A DNA stretch of 64,000 nt from a virus, in IMG/VR virus record IMGVR_UViG_3300006217_000030, positions 1 to 64,000 of that record, one strand, 5' to 3'. The notes below the pieces were generated by a model. It ran no database searches. It saw only the letters and a program-made list of their open reading frames with translations, and had not been told where the DNA came from. The position numbers and the translations under genes are program-made. Numbering within the stretch: the stretch's first letter is position 1; each line of letters begins with the position of its first letter. Shown piece after piece: positions 1-9,141 of the stretch.

Positions 1-19
1 GATTGAGAGGTGAAAATAA

Positions 20-427
20 ATGTTATGGTCGTGGAACGAAACAAATGATGAAAATTGGACACATGGTACATTTGATACAAAAGAAGAAGCAATACAGGAT
101 GCTTTAGGATGTAGAAAATGGATTGAAAGAAGTTTATCTACAGATAATCCAACAATTTATGTTGGAGAATGTGAACTTGTCCCACTGAGAACTGATCCTG
201 ATCTAGATAGAATTATGGAGGAGTTAGACGAAGCATATTGTGACGATTCTGGATGTGATACGTATATTTATGATGGTGTAACAGACGAAGAGAAAAAATG
301 GTTAGAGGATAGGCTATCAGAGTTAATGTTTGAATTTCATCAAAAGATTGGTTTGAATCCAGGATGGTTTAAAATTGTTTCTATGGAAGAAATAAAATTA
401 AATGATTATGTGAGGAATGAGACATGA
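20..427 (+). CDS. hypothetical acidic protein (135 aa)
   Basis: Long ORF with AGGTG-like RBS (gagaggtgaaaataaATG). No recognisable motif. Confidence 0.5.
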   Translation: MLWSWNETNDENWTHGTFDTKEEAIQDALGCRKWIERSLSTDNPTIYVGECELVPLRTDPDLDRIMEELDEAYCDDSGCDTYIYDGVTDEEKKWLEDRLSELMFEFHQKIGLNPGWFKIVSMEEIKLNDYVRNET

Positions 428-837
428 GATGGTTGATTAATTATATTTTGTTCATATTTTTGTAAACATGAGTGGAAACTGATGGATAAATCAATAAAAG
501 TTAATCGTTTGAATGAAAAAATAGGGACAAAATGGACATATAGATGTAAAAAATGTGGATATTTTTATACATATGAAGATGATAAATGAATCTATGATTT
601 CATCGGATTGTATTGGAAAAATAAAGACTAGTGGAAGTTGAAAAGATAAGAGATGACAAACGCAGAAAGAATAAGAGAGATGGGTAATAAGTAATTGGCT
701 CATTGGATAGGTAAAAATTTGAAAGTTAGCGGATGTTTTGAATATGAACAATGTAATTTAGATACTGGGATTACTTGTGATGAACTTATTTTACGATGGC
801 TTGAAAGCGAATTTGTGGAGGAATAATAAGGAGAAAA

Positions 838-1029
838 ATGAAATATAACGAGTTACTCAAAGAATTGATAAATAATAATGCTTGTGATAAAAATCAAGAA
901 GTGTATATCATTGCTTCTATTAATAATAAAAGGGGATATTTTTATGGCTCGATTGAGGATATATCATTGGATATTGATGGCAGTGTAGTAGTAGAAGCAA
1001 GCATAGATAAAAAAGCAGTTACTGGATAA
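838..1029 (+). CDS. hypothetical small protein (63 aa)
   Basis: ORF preceded by a strong RBS (aaggagaaaaATG). Confidence 0.45.
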   Translation: MKYNELLKELINNNACDKNQEVYIIASINNKRGYFYGSIEDISLDIDGSVVVEASIDKKAVTG

Positions 1030-1342
1030 TAAAAATATTCTATTTTCAATCAAAATGTTAGAAACAGTGTATAAGAAAAGTACATGCAATTATAAGAGTT
1101 CTGTGAGAGTTAGGAAGGAGTGCTTTGGTTAGGTGAAGGAAAGAATTATTACAATTACTGCGACATTTGATATGACTGAAATTTCAGAAAATATATGATT
1201 ACATCTAAAGAAAAAGTTAAAGAAATAGTTGAAAAAAGATATGATAGGAGTATTTGGATGGGATGAAGGATATAACAGTATAGAAGTTAAGCTTGTAGAT
1301 GTGCTATAAAACCACGCTTTCATTTGGAGGTAATGAAAATAT

Positions 1343-1510
1343 ATGCTAAGTAAAAAACTATTAACTATACAAGAATGTCAATTCAGTCTGCCTAACGACT
1401 TTGAAGGAACTTTAGGAGATGCATTAATGCTATTAGCAAAACATAGATTACAATCTGAATCTAATCAGAAAATCAACATAAAAGATGAAGAATGTGATTG
1501 TTATTACTAA
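1343..1510 (+). CDS. hypothetical small protein (~56 aa)
   Basis: ATG at 1343 preceded by GGAGG (tttggaggtaatgaaaatatATG). Below the 60-aa cutoff of the ORF track, translated by hand. Confidence 0.35.
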   Translation: MLSKKLLTIQECQFSLPNDFEGTLGDALMLLAKHRLQSESNQKINIKDEECDCYY

Positions 1511-1660
1511 GGCGGTTAAATGTCGATGTTTTTACTTGCCTAAATTTCTATCTGCTGCGTTGTCATCAATCGCTGTAGCACTCACTACAGCTCAATCTTC
1601 CGCCTTGCAGATAAAAATTTATTCTGCGTAAAATTCATTCGATATTTAACCGCCTTAGTA
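1505..1660. repeat. Inverted-repeat-bounded structured noncoding element. Arms of ~25 bp (ttactaaggcggttaaatgtcgatg and cattcgatatttaaccgccttagtaa) enclose ~105 bp that contains internal hairpins.
   Basis: Reverse complement of the left arm matches the right arm at ~22 of 25 positions. Internal perfect hairpins gctgtag/ctacagc and gcaga/tctgc. No ORF inside. Confidence 0.5.
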
Positions 1661-1787
1661 ATATACAGAATTAATTAAGGATGATGATATCCTGTGTTCT
1701 ATAAAATATGCACTGTGCAAATTATCTGAAGATGGTACTAAATGGTATCACCTATAAAACAAGTCTTTTATTTATGAAGGAGGCACA

Positions 1788-1967
1788 ATGAAAAAAGCTG
1801 ATTTAATTGATTTAATAAATAGGAATTTTGGAGATGATGACGAGATAAATTTCTATGTTTATGACTATGAATATTCTTCTGGTGAAGATGATTATGAAGA
1901 TGTAGGCAGTGCAGAAATAGTAGAAGTTGATAATAAATATATTACTTTTGGAATACATCATGGTTAA
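1788..1967 (+). CDS. hypothetical small acidic protein (~59 aa)
   Basis: ATG with RBS (gaaggaggcacaATG). The translation is rich in D/E/Y. Confidence 0.35.
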   Translation: MKKADLIDLINRNFGDDDEINFYVYDYEYSSGEDDYEDVGSAEIVEVDNKYITFGIHHG

Positions 1968-1991
1968 AATCGCAATTTTAAAGGAGAAAAA

Positions 1992-2156
1992 ATGTTGGAG
2001 ATTTTACAATTTATATTCAGTAGTTTTTGGATATTTTGTGGAACAATAATTTTGCTATATACAATAGGAATATTTTGTATCACAGCTCCAATTGCTGCTA
2101 TAGCAAGTATTTTTCATAAAGAAGATGAAAAGAAAGAAGAAAATAATAATGTATAA
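1992..2156 (+). CDS. hypothetical small membrane protein (~54 aa)
   Basis: RBS aaggagaaaaaATG. Hydrophobic stretch FWIFCGTIILLYTIGIFCITAPIAAIASIF. Confidence 0.3.
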   Translation: MLEILQFIFSSFWIFCGTIILLYTIGIFCITAPIAAIASIFHKEDEKKEENNNV

Positions 2157-2250
2157 ACAGATAATTATTGCTTGTGAAGAGTTAAATGCGAATCCTAGAA
2201 AATTAGTAGATATGTAAATGGAATGTGTGTTTCAAGGAAGGAGAATGTGA

Positions 2251-4254
2251 TTGGATAAAGTAAAGAGAATAAAAGAATTAACACAGAAACTTAATCAATA
2301 CAGAGATTCATATTATAACGACTCTGTATCAGAAATTTCAGATCATGAATATGATGAGTTATTCGATGAATTAAAGCAACTGGAAGAAGAAACAAATATT
2401 GTAATGGCTAATTCACCAACACATACAGTTGGATATGAAGTCAAGTCAAAACTTGAAAAGGTGAAACACTCGCATCTTATGCTTTCGCTTGATAAAACAA
2501 AGTCAGTAGATGATTTAAAGAAATTTGCTGGCGACAAAAATTGTATACTCATGTGCAAAATGGACGGATTAACTGTATTACTTACTTATGAGAATGGCGA
2601 GTTAATTCAGGCAGAGACTCGTGGAAATGGTGAAGAGGGAGAAATTATAACACACAATGCAAAGGTGTTTGAAAATATTCCATTACATATAGATTATACA
2701 GGACATTTGGAAGTTGAGGGTGAAGCCATTATTACATATAGTGACTTTGAAAAGATTAATAGTAAACTTCCTGAGAACGAAAAATATAAGAATCCACGTA
2801 ACCTTGTAAGCGGATCAGTTAGACAATTAGATAGTAATATTGCAGCACAGAGACATATCAAATTTATTGCTTGGAAAGTTCCCAATATAGAAGATAAGAT
2901 TAAAAGTGATAATTCTATTTTATTTAGATTAAATTATATTGGAGATTTAGGGTTTGATATTGTTCCTTTTTATTCATACACGAATTGTTCGTCAGATAAA
3001 GAAAATATTTATAATATGATAATTTCGTTGCAGGATAGAGCAAAGAAATTAGGTTATCCGATAGATGGACTTGTTGTAGCATATGATGATATTTCATATG
3101 GAGAGTCATTAGGAACAACAGGACACCACCCGAAACATTCTTTGGCATATAAATTCTATGATGACATTTATCCTACAAGATTGTTAGATGTAGAATTTAC
3201 GATGGGCAAGACGGGTGTTTTAACTCCAACAGCAGTATTTGAGCCAGTAGAGATTGATGGGACAATAGTTGAGAGAGCTTCACTTCATAATCTTTCAGTA
3301 ATGAGAGAATTGGGTATTGAATTTATTGGACAAGAAATAAATGTTTACAAAGCAAATCAAATAATACCTCAAATTCATAGTACGACACCAATTATGCCGT
3401 TTAAAGATCCAGAAGATAAAGAAGAAATAGAGAGTATAGTTATTCCTGATAAATGTCCTATATGTGGAGCAGATACAAAAATACCTAAAGATAATGATAC
3501 AGAGATTCTTGTATGTACTAATCCAAACTGTAAAGGTAAACTGCTTGGTAAATTATCACATTTTGTAAGTAAGAATGCAATTAACATAGACGGATTATCT
3601 GAACAAACATTACAGAGATTTATTGATTTAGGATGGTTAAATTCATTCAGAGATATCTATTATTTATCAGAACACAAAGAAGAAATGTATAAACTTGATG
3701 GTTTTGGTAAGAAATCTGTAGATAAACTGTTAGAAAGTATTGAAAAAAGCAGGAAAACTACATTGGATAGATTCATTTATGGACTGTGTATTCCTCTGAT
3801 TGGCAGAACAGCAAGTAAGGATATTGCCAACAATTTTAATTATGATTATGAACAATTTAGAAAATATGGAATAGTTACACATTACAAAGGAATTGATGGT
3901 TTTGGTGATAGTATGAATGATTCAATTCATGATTATCTAAGGAAAAATCATATGATGGTTGAAATGCTTGCAGACGAATTTACTTTTATAGTAAAGGAAA
4001 AATCGGAGAACAAAGTAAATTTATCTAATAAAACATTTGTGATTACTGGTAGTCTAAATTATTATAAAAACCGTGATGAGCTTGTAAATATTATTGAGCA
4101 GTTGGGAGGTAAAGTTTCAGGATCAGTTAGCACGAAAACAAATTATCTTATCAATAATGACACAGAAAGTAATTCATCAAAAAATAAGAAAGCTCATGAT
4201 TTGGAAATACCAATTATAAGCGAAGGTGAATTTATTCAGATGATCACATCTTAA
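2251..4254 (+). CDS. ligA: NAD-dependent DNA ligase (LigA family)
   Basis: Adenylation motif K-x-D-G (CKMDGLTV). Cys4 zinc finger (CPICGA...CTNPNC). HhH region and C-terminal BRCT-like segment (KTFVITGSL...GGKVSGSVSTKTNYLI). RBS gaaggagaatGTG-ATTGG context. Confidence 0.9.
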   Translation: MDKVKRIKELTQKLNQYRDSYYNDSVSEISDHEYDELFDELKQLEEETNIVMANSPTHTVGYEVKSKLEKVKHSHLMLSLDKTKSVDDLKKFAGDKNCILMCKMDGLTVLLTYENGELIQAETRGNGEEGEIITHNAKVFENIPLHIDYTGHLEVEGEAIITYSDFEKINSKLPENEKYKNPRNLVSGSVRQLDSNIAAQRHIKFIAWKVPNIEDKIKSDNSILFRLNYIGDLGFDIVPFYSYTNCSSDKENIYNMIISLQDRAKKLGYPIDGLVVAYDDISYGESLGTTGHHPKHSLAYKFYDDIYPTRLLDVEFTMGKTGVLTPTAVFEPVEIDGTIVERASLHNLSVMRELGIEFIGQEINVYKANQIIPQIHSTTPIMPFKDPEDKEEIESIVIPDKCPICGADTKIPKDNDTEILVCTNPNCKGKLLGKLSHFVSKNAINIDGLSEQTLQRFIDLGWLNSFRDIYYLSEHKEEMYKLDGFGKKSVDKLLESIEKSRKTTLDRFIYGLCIPLIGRTASKDIANNFNYDYEQFRKYGIVTHYKGIDGFGDSMNDSIHDYLRKNHMMVEMLADEFTFIVKEKSENKVNLSNKTFVITGSLNYYKNRDELVNIIEQLGGKVSGSVSTKTNYLINNDTESNSSKNKKAHDLEIPIISEGEFIQMITS

Positions 4255-4447
4255 ACAGAGAAGTAACAAATGTAACTCATAAACATATCATATAAAATTC
4301 AAATTTTAATCCAAGAGGTACAAGTGAATAGATTAAAAATTAAGCTATCAACACCTGAAATGGTGAGATTGAAGTGCAAGCGATCAGTTCTAACGAAAGT
4401 GTTATTTCATCGTTTGTTGAAGACATGAGAAAGTTTGAGGTGTAGAT

Positions 4448-5128
4448 ATGGGAAATGTAATTATTTTAGAGGAAACAACTAAAAATCCAATCACTTTGAT
4501 TGGTAAAAGAGCAGGAGTGTGTTGGGGAGCGGATGTTACAAATGATTCAAAAAATTATAGACGTGGAATTGATTGCATTACATCTAATCATGGAAGAACA
4601 CTTGAATATGTGAATGTAGAAATGATTATTGATGGATATTCTGCTAGAGTCATCCGTGAATGGTATACGCATTTGGGAGGATCACCTACACGTTTGCAAG
4701 CAAGTACAAGATACATAGATTATGAGCACGGATTTGATTATGTTGTTCCTGAAAGTATTAGAAATGATGAAAAAAGATATGAAATTTATACTGAAGCAAT
4801 CCATCAAATCAATAAAGCTCTTGTTGAATTAGAAGATATAGGAACACCTAGAGAGGATTCAGCATTATTACTTCCATTAGGAATGACTACAAAAATTGTA
4901 GATAAACGTAATTTGCGTAATCTTGTTGATATGTCACATCAACGCATGTGTAGTAGAGCATATCACGAATACAGAAAGTTATTTGGAGATATTTGCACTG
5001 AGCTATACAAAATTTCTGAGGAGTGGGCATGGATTGTAGATAATTTATTTGTCCCAAAATGTGATTATCTTAATTATTGTCCAGAGAAAAAATCTTGTGG
5101 AAGAGTAAATAAAAGTAGAGAGGAATAA
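4448..5128 (+). CDS. thyX: Flavin-dependent thymidylate synthase, ThyX-like
   Basis: Size (~226 aa) and ThyX-like signature region (...YTHLGGSPTRLQASTRY...), which diverges from the canonical RHR-x7-S motif. Nucleotide-metabolism context. Confidence 0.65.
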   Translation: MGNVIILEETTKNPITLIGKRAGVCWGADVTNDSKNYRRGIDCITSNHGRTLEYVNVEMIIDGYSARVIREWYTHLGGSPTRLQASTRYIDYEHGFDYVVPESIRNDEKRYEIYTEAIHQINKALVELEDIGTPREDSALLLPLGMTTKIVDKRNLRNLVDMSHQRMCSRAYHEYRKLFGDICTELYKISEEWAWIVDNLFVPKCDYLNYCPEKKSCGRVNKSREE

Positions 5129-5136
5129 ATACACAT

Positions 5137-5229
5137 ATGATTATTGTTTTACTAGGGGCTTCCGGCTCAGGGAAGTCCACAATTGAAAATGAACTGGCAA
5201 CACATCACGGCTTTGAAAAGATTATTTGA
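5137..5229 (+). pseudogene. Truncated P-loop NTPase/nucleotide-kinase remnant (30 codons: MIIVLLGASGSGKSTIENELATHHGFEKII*)
   Basis: Intact Walker-A (GASGSGKST) followed by a premature stop. The segment is locally GC-richer than its surroundings. It lies directly 3' of thyX and upstream of a block of unrelated small genes. Confidence 0.45.
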
Positions 5230-5281
5230 TTGGTAAATATATTACAATTATTGAAAATTTGGAGGTAAATAATTAAATATT

Positions 5282-5500
5282 TTGTACACTGGAAAACAAT
5301 TAAAAGAAATGATAAATAATCATATTGCAGATGATGATATTGTCTGCGTTGGAGGAGAGAAAGATGAATTAGGAATGTATGACCGTCAAATTGTTGGTGT
5401 TGAGAAACGCAAAGTTGGATTTGACGTTGATGATACATATAAAGCAATTATAACTAAGCCATTTGAAGCAAGTGGTGCAATGAAATTTTGGAAGAAATGA
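5282..5500 (+). CDS. hypothetical protein (72 aa)
   Basis: ORF in operon context. Start codon uncertain (TTG at 5282 or an internal ATG). Confidence 0.35.
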   Translation: MYTGKQLKEMINNHIADDDIVCVGGEKDELGMYDRQIVGVEKRKVGFDVDDTYKAIITKPFEASGAMKFWKK

Positions 5501-5521
5501 GGTGATTTTATTCAAAAGCGA

Positions 5522-6220
5522 GTGCTAAGTGGATCATTGATTATAGTTATTTTATTCTCAATATTCACGAACCCAATGCTGTCAAGTGCAGAAGGTAATT
5601 ACAGATATGCTAAAACAACAATAAATATTAGAGCAAAACCAAATGTAAAAAGCAAAATTGTTGGACATGTTTATTGGAATGATAAAGTAAAGATTCTGAA
5701 AAAAATAAACAAAAAGTGGTATATGGTGTCTTATAAGAAACAGAAGAGGTATATACGTAGAAAATATTTGAGAAAAAGCAGAAAGAAATATAAAACGTAT
5801 TCATCGCCAAGTACAAAAACATTTAAGTCTTATGAAGATGCAAATAGGATAACTGACAATTCTTCGTTGGCACAAGGAAAGTTAAAAGAGAAATATCATT
5901 TAGATTACCAATCTGGTGTTTGGATGGTAGGAAATAGATATTGTATTGCTATTGGGAGTTACTACACAAAAAATATCGGAGTAAAAATAGATTTAGTGTT
6001 ATCGCATAATGGCAGAAAGCGCATTCTGAAATGTATAACTGCCGATAGCAAAGCAGATAAAGATACAGTCAATAACCATAAGATTCATAAGGATGGGAGT
6101 GTTGTTGAGTTTGTAGTTAACACGGATTATATATCTAAAAGAGTTCATTTAATGGGTGATGTGTCATACGCAGGTGAAAAATTTAAAGGAAGAATAGTAA
6201 AAATATTTGTTTACAGATAG
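5522..6220 (+). CDS. Secreted protein with bacterial SH3-like N-terminal region. Possible cell-wall-binding protein or hydrolase.
   Basis: N-terminal signal-peptide-like hydrophobic segment (LIIVILFSIFTNPMLSSAEG). SH3b-like segment (INIRAKPNVKSKIVGHVYWNDKVKILKK..WYMVSY). Conserved C/H residues downstream. GTG start. Confidence 0.4.
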   Translation: MLSGSLIIVILFSIFTNPMLSSAEGNYRYAKTTINIRAKPNVKSKIVGHVYWNDKVKILKKINKKWYMVSYKKQKRYIRRKYLRKSRKKYKTYSSPSTKTFKSYEDANRITDNSSLAQGKLKEKYHLDYQSGVWMVGNRYCIAIGSYYTKNIGVKIDLVLSHNGRKRILKCITADSKADKDTVNNHKIHKDGSVVEFVVNTDYISKRVHLMGDVSYAGEKFKGRIVKIFVYR

Positions 6221-6238
6221 AAAGGATTTTTTTTACAT

Positions 6239-6475
6239 ATGGAATTTTTAGTAAAGCTAAGTGCAATAGAAAATGTTAAAAAATTTGTACGTTTTGCAAG
6301 TAATTACAATTGCGATATTTTTGTTAAAAGCCAAGATAAATCTTATATTGTTGACGGCAGTAGTATTATGGGTGTGCTAAGTTTAGACTTGAGATATCCT
6401 ATTGCAGTTTGTATTAAAGATATAGAATCTGGCGAAGATTTTAAAAATGATGTATCAGATTTTGTGATTAATTAG
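6239..6475 (+). CDS. hypothetical protein (78 aa)
   Basis: ORF with upstream AGGA-rich RBS region. No recognisable motif. Confidence 0.4.
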   Translation: MEFLVKLSAIENVKKFVRFASNYNCDIFVKSQDKSYIVDGSSIMGVLSLDLRYPIAVCIKDIESGEDFKNDVSDFVIN

Positions 6476-6611
6476 GAAAGGAGTATTTTGTGAATAAAAT
6501 TAATTTTGATGCAGTAACGATAGAAGACTGCTTGGATATGTATAAAAAGAAAAATAAGTGTGTGATTTTAAATGATGGAAAAGTTTTAGGTTTTTGGGAG
6601 GAATAGAATAG

Positions 6612-7166
6612 TTGCTGATTTTAGTTGGTAAATCTTGTAGTGGGAAATCAACAATTCAGAGATATTTGAAAAAATGTGGAATGTCACCTGTATTGGAGTA
6701 TACAACACGCCCGCAGCGAGATAACGAAGTAGATAATAAATCATATCATTTTGTTTCAGAAAGAGATTTTATAGAACTTAAAAAGAAAAAATTCTTTGCA
6801 GTAACAGCATCATATAAAGTATCCAATGGAGAAATATGGAATTATGGTATAGCATTACATGATTTATCCGTTGAAAAGATGATTGTGACAAACCCTGTAG
6901 GACTTAAAAAGTTAAAGGAATTTACAAATATTCATCCGGTTTCTTTCTATATCAATACAGATGAAAACGTTATATGGGACAGACTTATGAAAAGAAAAGA
7001 TAATATAGATGAAGCACAAAGAAGATTAATTGCTGATAGAGAAGATTTTGTTGGTATTTCTGAGTATGTTGACTTTGTATTTAAGAATAATGGCGAAATA
7101 CAACCATCTGTATTAGCAGAGATAATTAAATCTACATATGACAAGTATATAAGAAATGTAGCGTAA
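6612..7166 (+). CDS. Guanylate-kinase-like P-loop nucleotide kinase
   Basis: Walker-A (GKSCSGKST) followed by the GMP-kinase-like motif EYTTRPQRDNEVDNKSYHFVSERDF. TTG start with GGGAGG RBS. Confidence 0.6.
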   Translation: MLILVGKSCSGKSTIQRYLKKCGMSPVLEYTTRPQRDNEVDNKSYHFVSERDFIELKKKKFFAVTASYKVSNGEIWNYGIALHDLSVEKMIVTNPVGLKKLKEFTNIHPVSFYINTDENVIWDRLMKRKDNIDEAQRRLIADREDFVGISEYVDFVFKNNGEIQPSVLAEIIKSTYDKYIRNVA

Positions 7167-7191
7167 AATAATTGATTAAAGGAGTAAATAT

Positions 7192-8136
7192 ATGAATTTT
7201 TTTGTAGGATCTTTAGGAATATTAGTAGTTATTTTAGCAATTGTTTTTGGTGTTAAAAAGTATCATGATAGTAATATGTCATCAGAAGAAGATTCAGGAA
7301 ATAAATATAAAGGCTATAAAAGCAATATATTTTGTGCCATTATTGGTATTATATTATTTATTTTTGCTTTTAGTTTCGTGATAATCCCTACTGGATATAC
7401 AGGGGTAAAAACAACATTTGGACAGGTATCACGAAAAACGATGTCTAACGGTTTTAACTTAAAGATACCATTTGTACAAGGGATTGAAAAAGTAAATAAT
7501 AAACAGCAGGATATTATTTTCGATAAAAATAAAATATCTTCTGAAACAAGTGAAAGAAATGCAGTAATTTTTAAAGGTATTACAGTTACATATCAGATTA
7601 ATTCAAAAAAGTCAGCGTGGATTTTTGCAAATGTAGCTGATTATAAAGACAATCTTGTTAGTGAATCACTTGTTGCTTCAGCGATAAAAACATCATCAAA
7701 AACACTGACACCAACAGATGTTACTAACAGAAGTATATTAGAACCGAAAGCGCAGGAAAATATACAGAAGTCTCTTGATGAAAAATATGGAGAAGGGGTT
7801 ATTCATATTAATAAAGTTATTATTGATGGAGCAGAATTTGACAAAGAATATGATGATAAAATTGCAAAAAAGCAACAAGCTCAGATGGATTATGAAAAGC
7901 AACAGATTGAAAATAAAAAGAATATAGAGAAAGCTGAAGCCGATGCAACTGTTAAAAAGACAACAGCACAGGCTGAAGCAGATGCTTTGAAGATTGCGGC
8001 AGAAGCAGAGGCAGAGGCAAATAAGAAAGTATCCAATAGTATTACAGATAAACTTGTTGAAAATAAGTTAGCAGAAGCTAGATTAAAGCATGGCTGGGTA
8101 ACTGTCAAAGGTGCTGATACTGTTATATCAAAATAG
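7192..8136 (+). CDS. SPFH/band-7 family membrane protein
   Basis: Two N-terminal TM segments, then an SPFH-like core and a C-terminal Ala/Glu/Lys-rich coiled coil (AEADATVKKTTAQAEADALKIAAEAEAEANKK) typical of HflK/C and YqiK-like proteins. RBS aaaggagtaaatatATG. Confidence 0.55.
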   Translation: MNFFVGSLGILVVILAIVFGVKKYHDSNMSSEEDSGNKYKGYKSNIFCAIIGIILFIFAFSFVIIPTGYTGVKTTFGQVSRKTMSNGFNLKIPFVQGIEKVNNKQQDIIFDKNKISSETSERNAVIFKGITVTYQINSKKSAWIFANVADYKDNLVSESLVASAIKTSSKTLTPTDVTNRSILEPKAQENIQKSLDEKYGEGVIHINKVIIDGAEFDKEYDDKIAKKQQAQMDYEKQQIENKKNIEKAEADATVKKTTAQAEADALKIAAEAEAEANKKVSNSITDKLVENKLAEARLKHGWVTVKGADTVISK

Positions 8137-8211
8137 AATAACTTATATCTATATTAAAATAACAATAGTTACTCCATTTAAATTTTATAGTGGAGTAACA
8201 AAAATTTATAA

Positions 8212-8616
8212 ATGGAGAAAGTATATATGAAGAAAAAATTTATTGATATCCCAGAAAAGAATAAAGTTATTGCAATGATGGAAGAAAAACATTCTATCAT
8301 TGATGAAATATCAAATATGAGTAAAAAATGTGCATTTATTTTAAATAGAATTGATTTTATGTTTGGTAGAAAAGGTTCATCTAACCCATATTTTAAAAGT
8401 GAAGCTGTTGCATATTCGCCTGATACTTTTGATATTAAAACCGGACGTAAAATTGCAGGACAAAAAGTTGATTATAAATACCATCAATCAATGATTAAAC
8501 AGTATAACAGATATATTGAATTGCTTAAAGATATTATTGATACTCTTGAACGATTACGTAATGAACATATTTCAAAAAGAATAAAGATTGTAAATAATAT
8601 GAAAAGATTTAAATAG
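8212..8616 (+). CDS. hypothetical protein (134 aa)
   Basis: ORF with RBS (aaatggagaaagtatatATG). Start could alternatively be the second Met at 8227. Confidence 0.4.
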   Translation: MEKVYMKKKFIDIPEKNKVIAMMEEKHSIIDEISNMSKKCAFILNRIDFMFGRKGSSNPYFKSEAVAYSPDTFDIKTGRKIAGQKVDYKYHQSMIKQYNRYIELLKDIIDTLERLRNEHISKRIKIVNNMKRFK

Positions 8617-8761
8617 CAATTTTAGATAAATATAGAAAGGGGAATTTACTTATGGATACATATGTTATTGAAGTTATCAATTATATCTGTATATAAAGAT
8701 AATGATTTTCTTAATGACATTTTAGATGAATAAAAATTGTTGATGAAAAGGAGATTAAGAT

Positions 8762-9016
8762 ATGGCTATAACAAAAAATATTATTGAAACAAAACAGAGA
8801 AAGTTAGAAGAATTAAGAGTAAAATCAAGTAGGGCATTAGATATTGTTACATCTACTATAAACCAGTTGTTGAATGTTAATGAAGAAATTGCTGCAAATA
8901 TCAGTGAAATATGCGAAGTAAAAGAAAAGTTACAGTCTACAGAGGATGACTTAAATAAAACAAAGGTTCATAATGAAAGAATTATTGATAAATTCAAAAC
9001 TTTGATTGAGGATTAA
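8762..9016 (+). CDS. hypothetical coiled-coil protein (84 aa)
   Basis: RBS aaaaggagattaagatATG. Heptad-like composition. Confidence 0.4.
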   Translation: MAITKNIIETKQRKLEELRVKSSRALDIVTSTINQLLNVNEEIAANISEICEVKEKLQSTEDDLNKTKVHNERIIDKFKTLIED

Positions 9017-9141
9017 ATGCCTGCTTCATTGGCATGGAAAGGAATAGAAATATTGAAAACAATTGTAATAAATTTAAGTGTAACAAATAATCCTAAAGAA
9101 GACTTTTCAATGGAATAAGAAGATATGGAGGAATAATCTTA

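Noticed and set aside
491-751. 86-aa ORF on the - strand
   Set aside because: Low-complexity Phe/Ile-rich translation with no RBS. The region is more plausibly intergenic, or encodes a short + strand Zn-ribbon peptide (482-589).
8169-8200. Hairpin gttactcca...tggagtaac after the SPFH gene, as a + strand terminator
   Set aside because: The perfect 9-bp stem is followed on the + strand by A-rich rather than T-rich sequence. It may be a weak or bidirectional terminator or an RNA-stability element, and was not confident enough to list as a feature.
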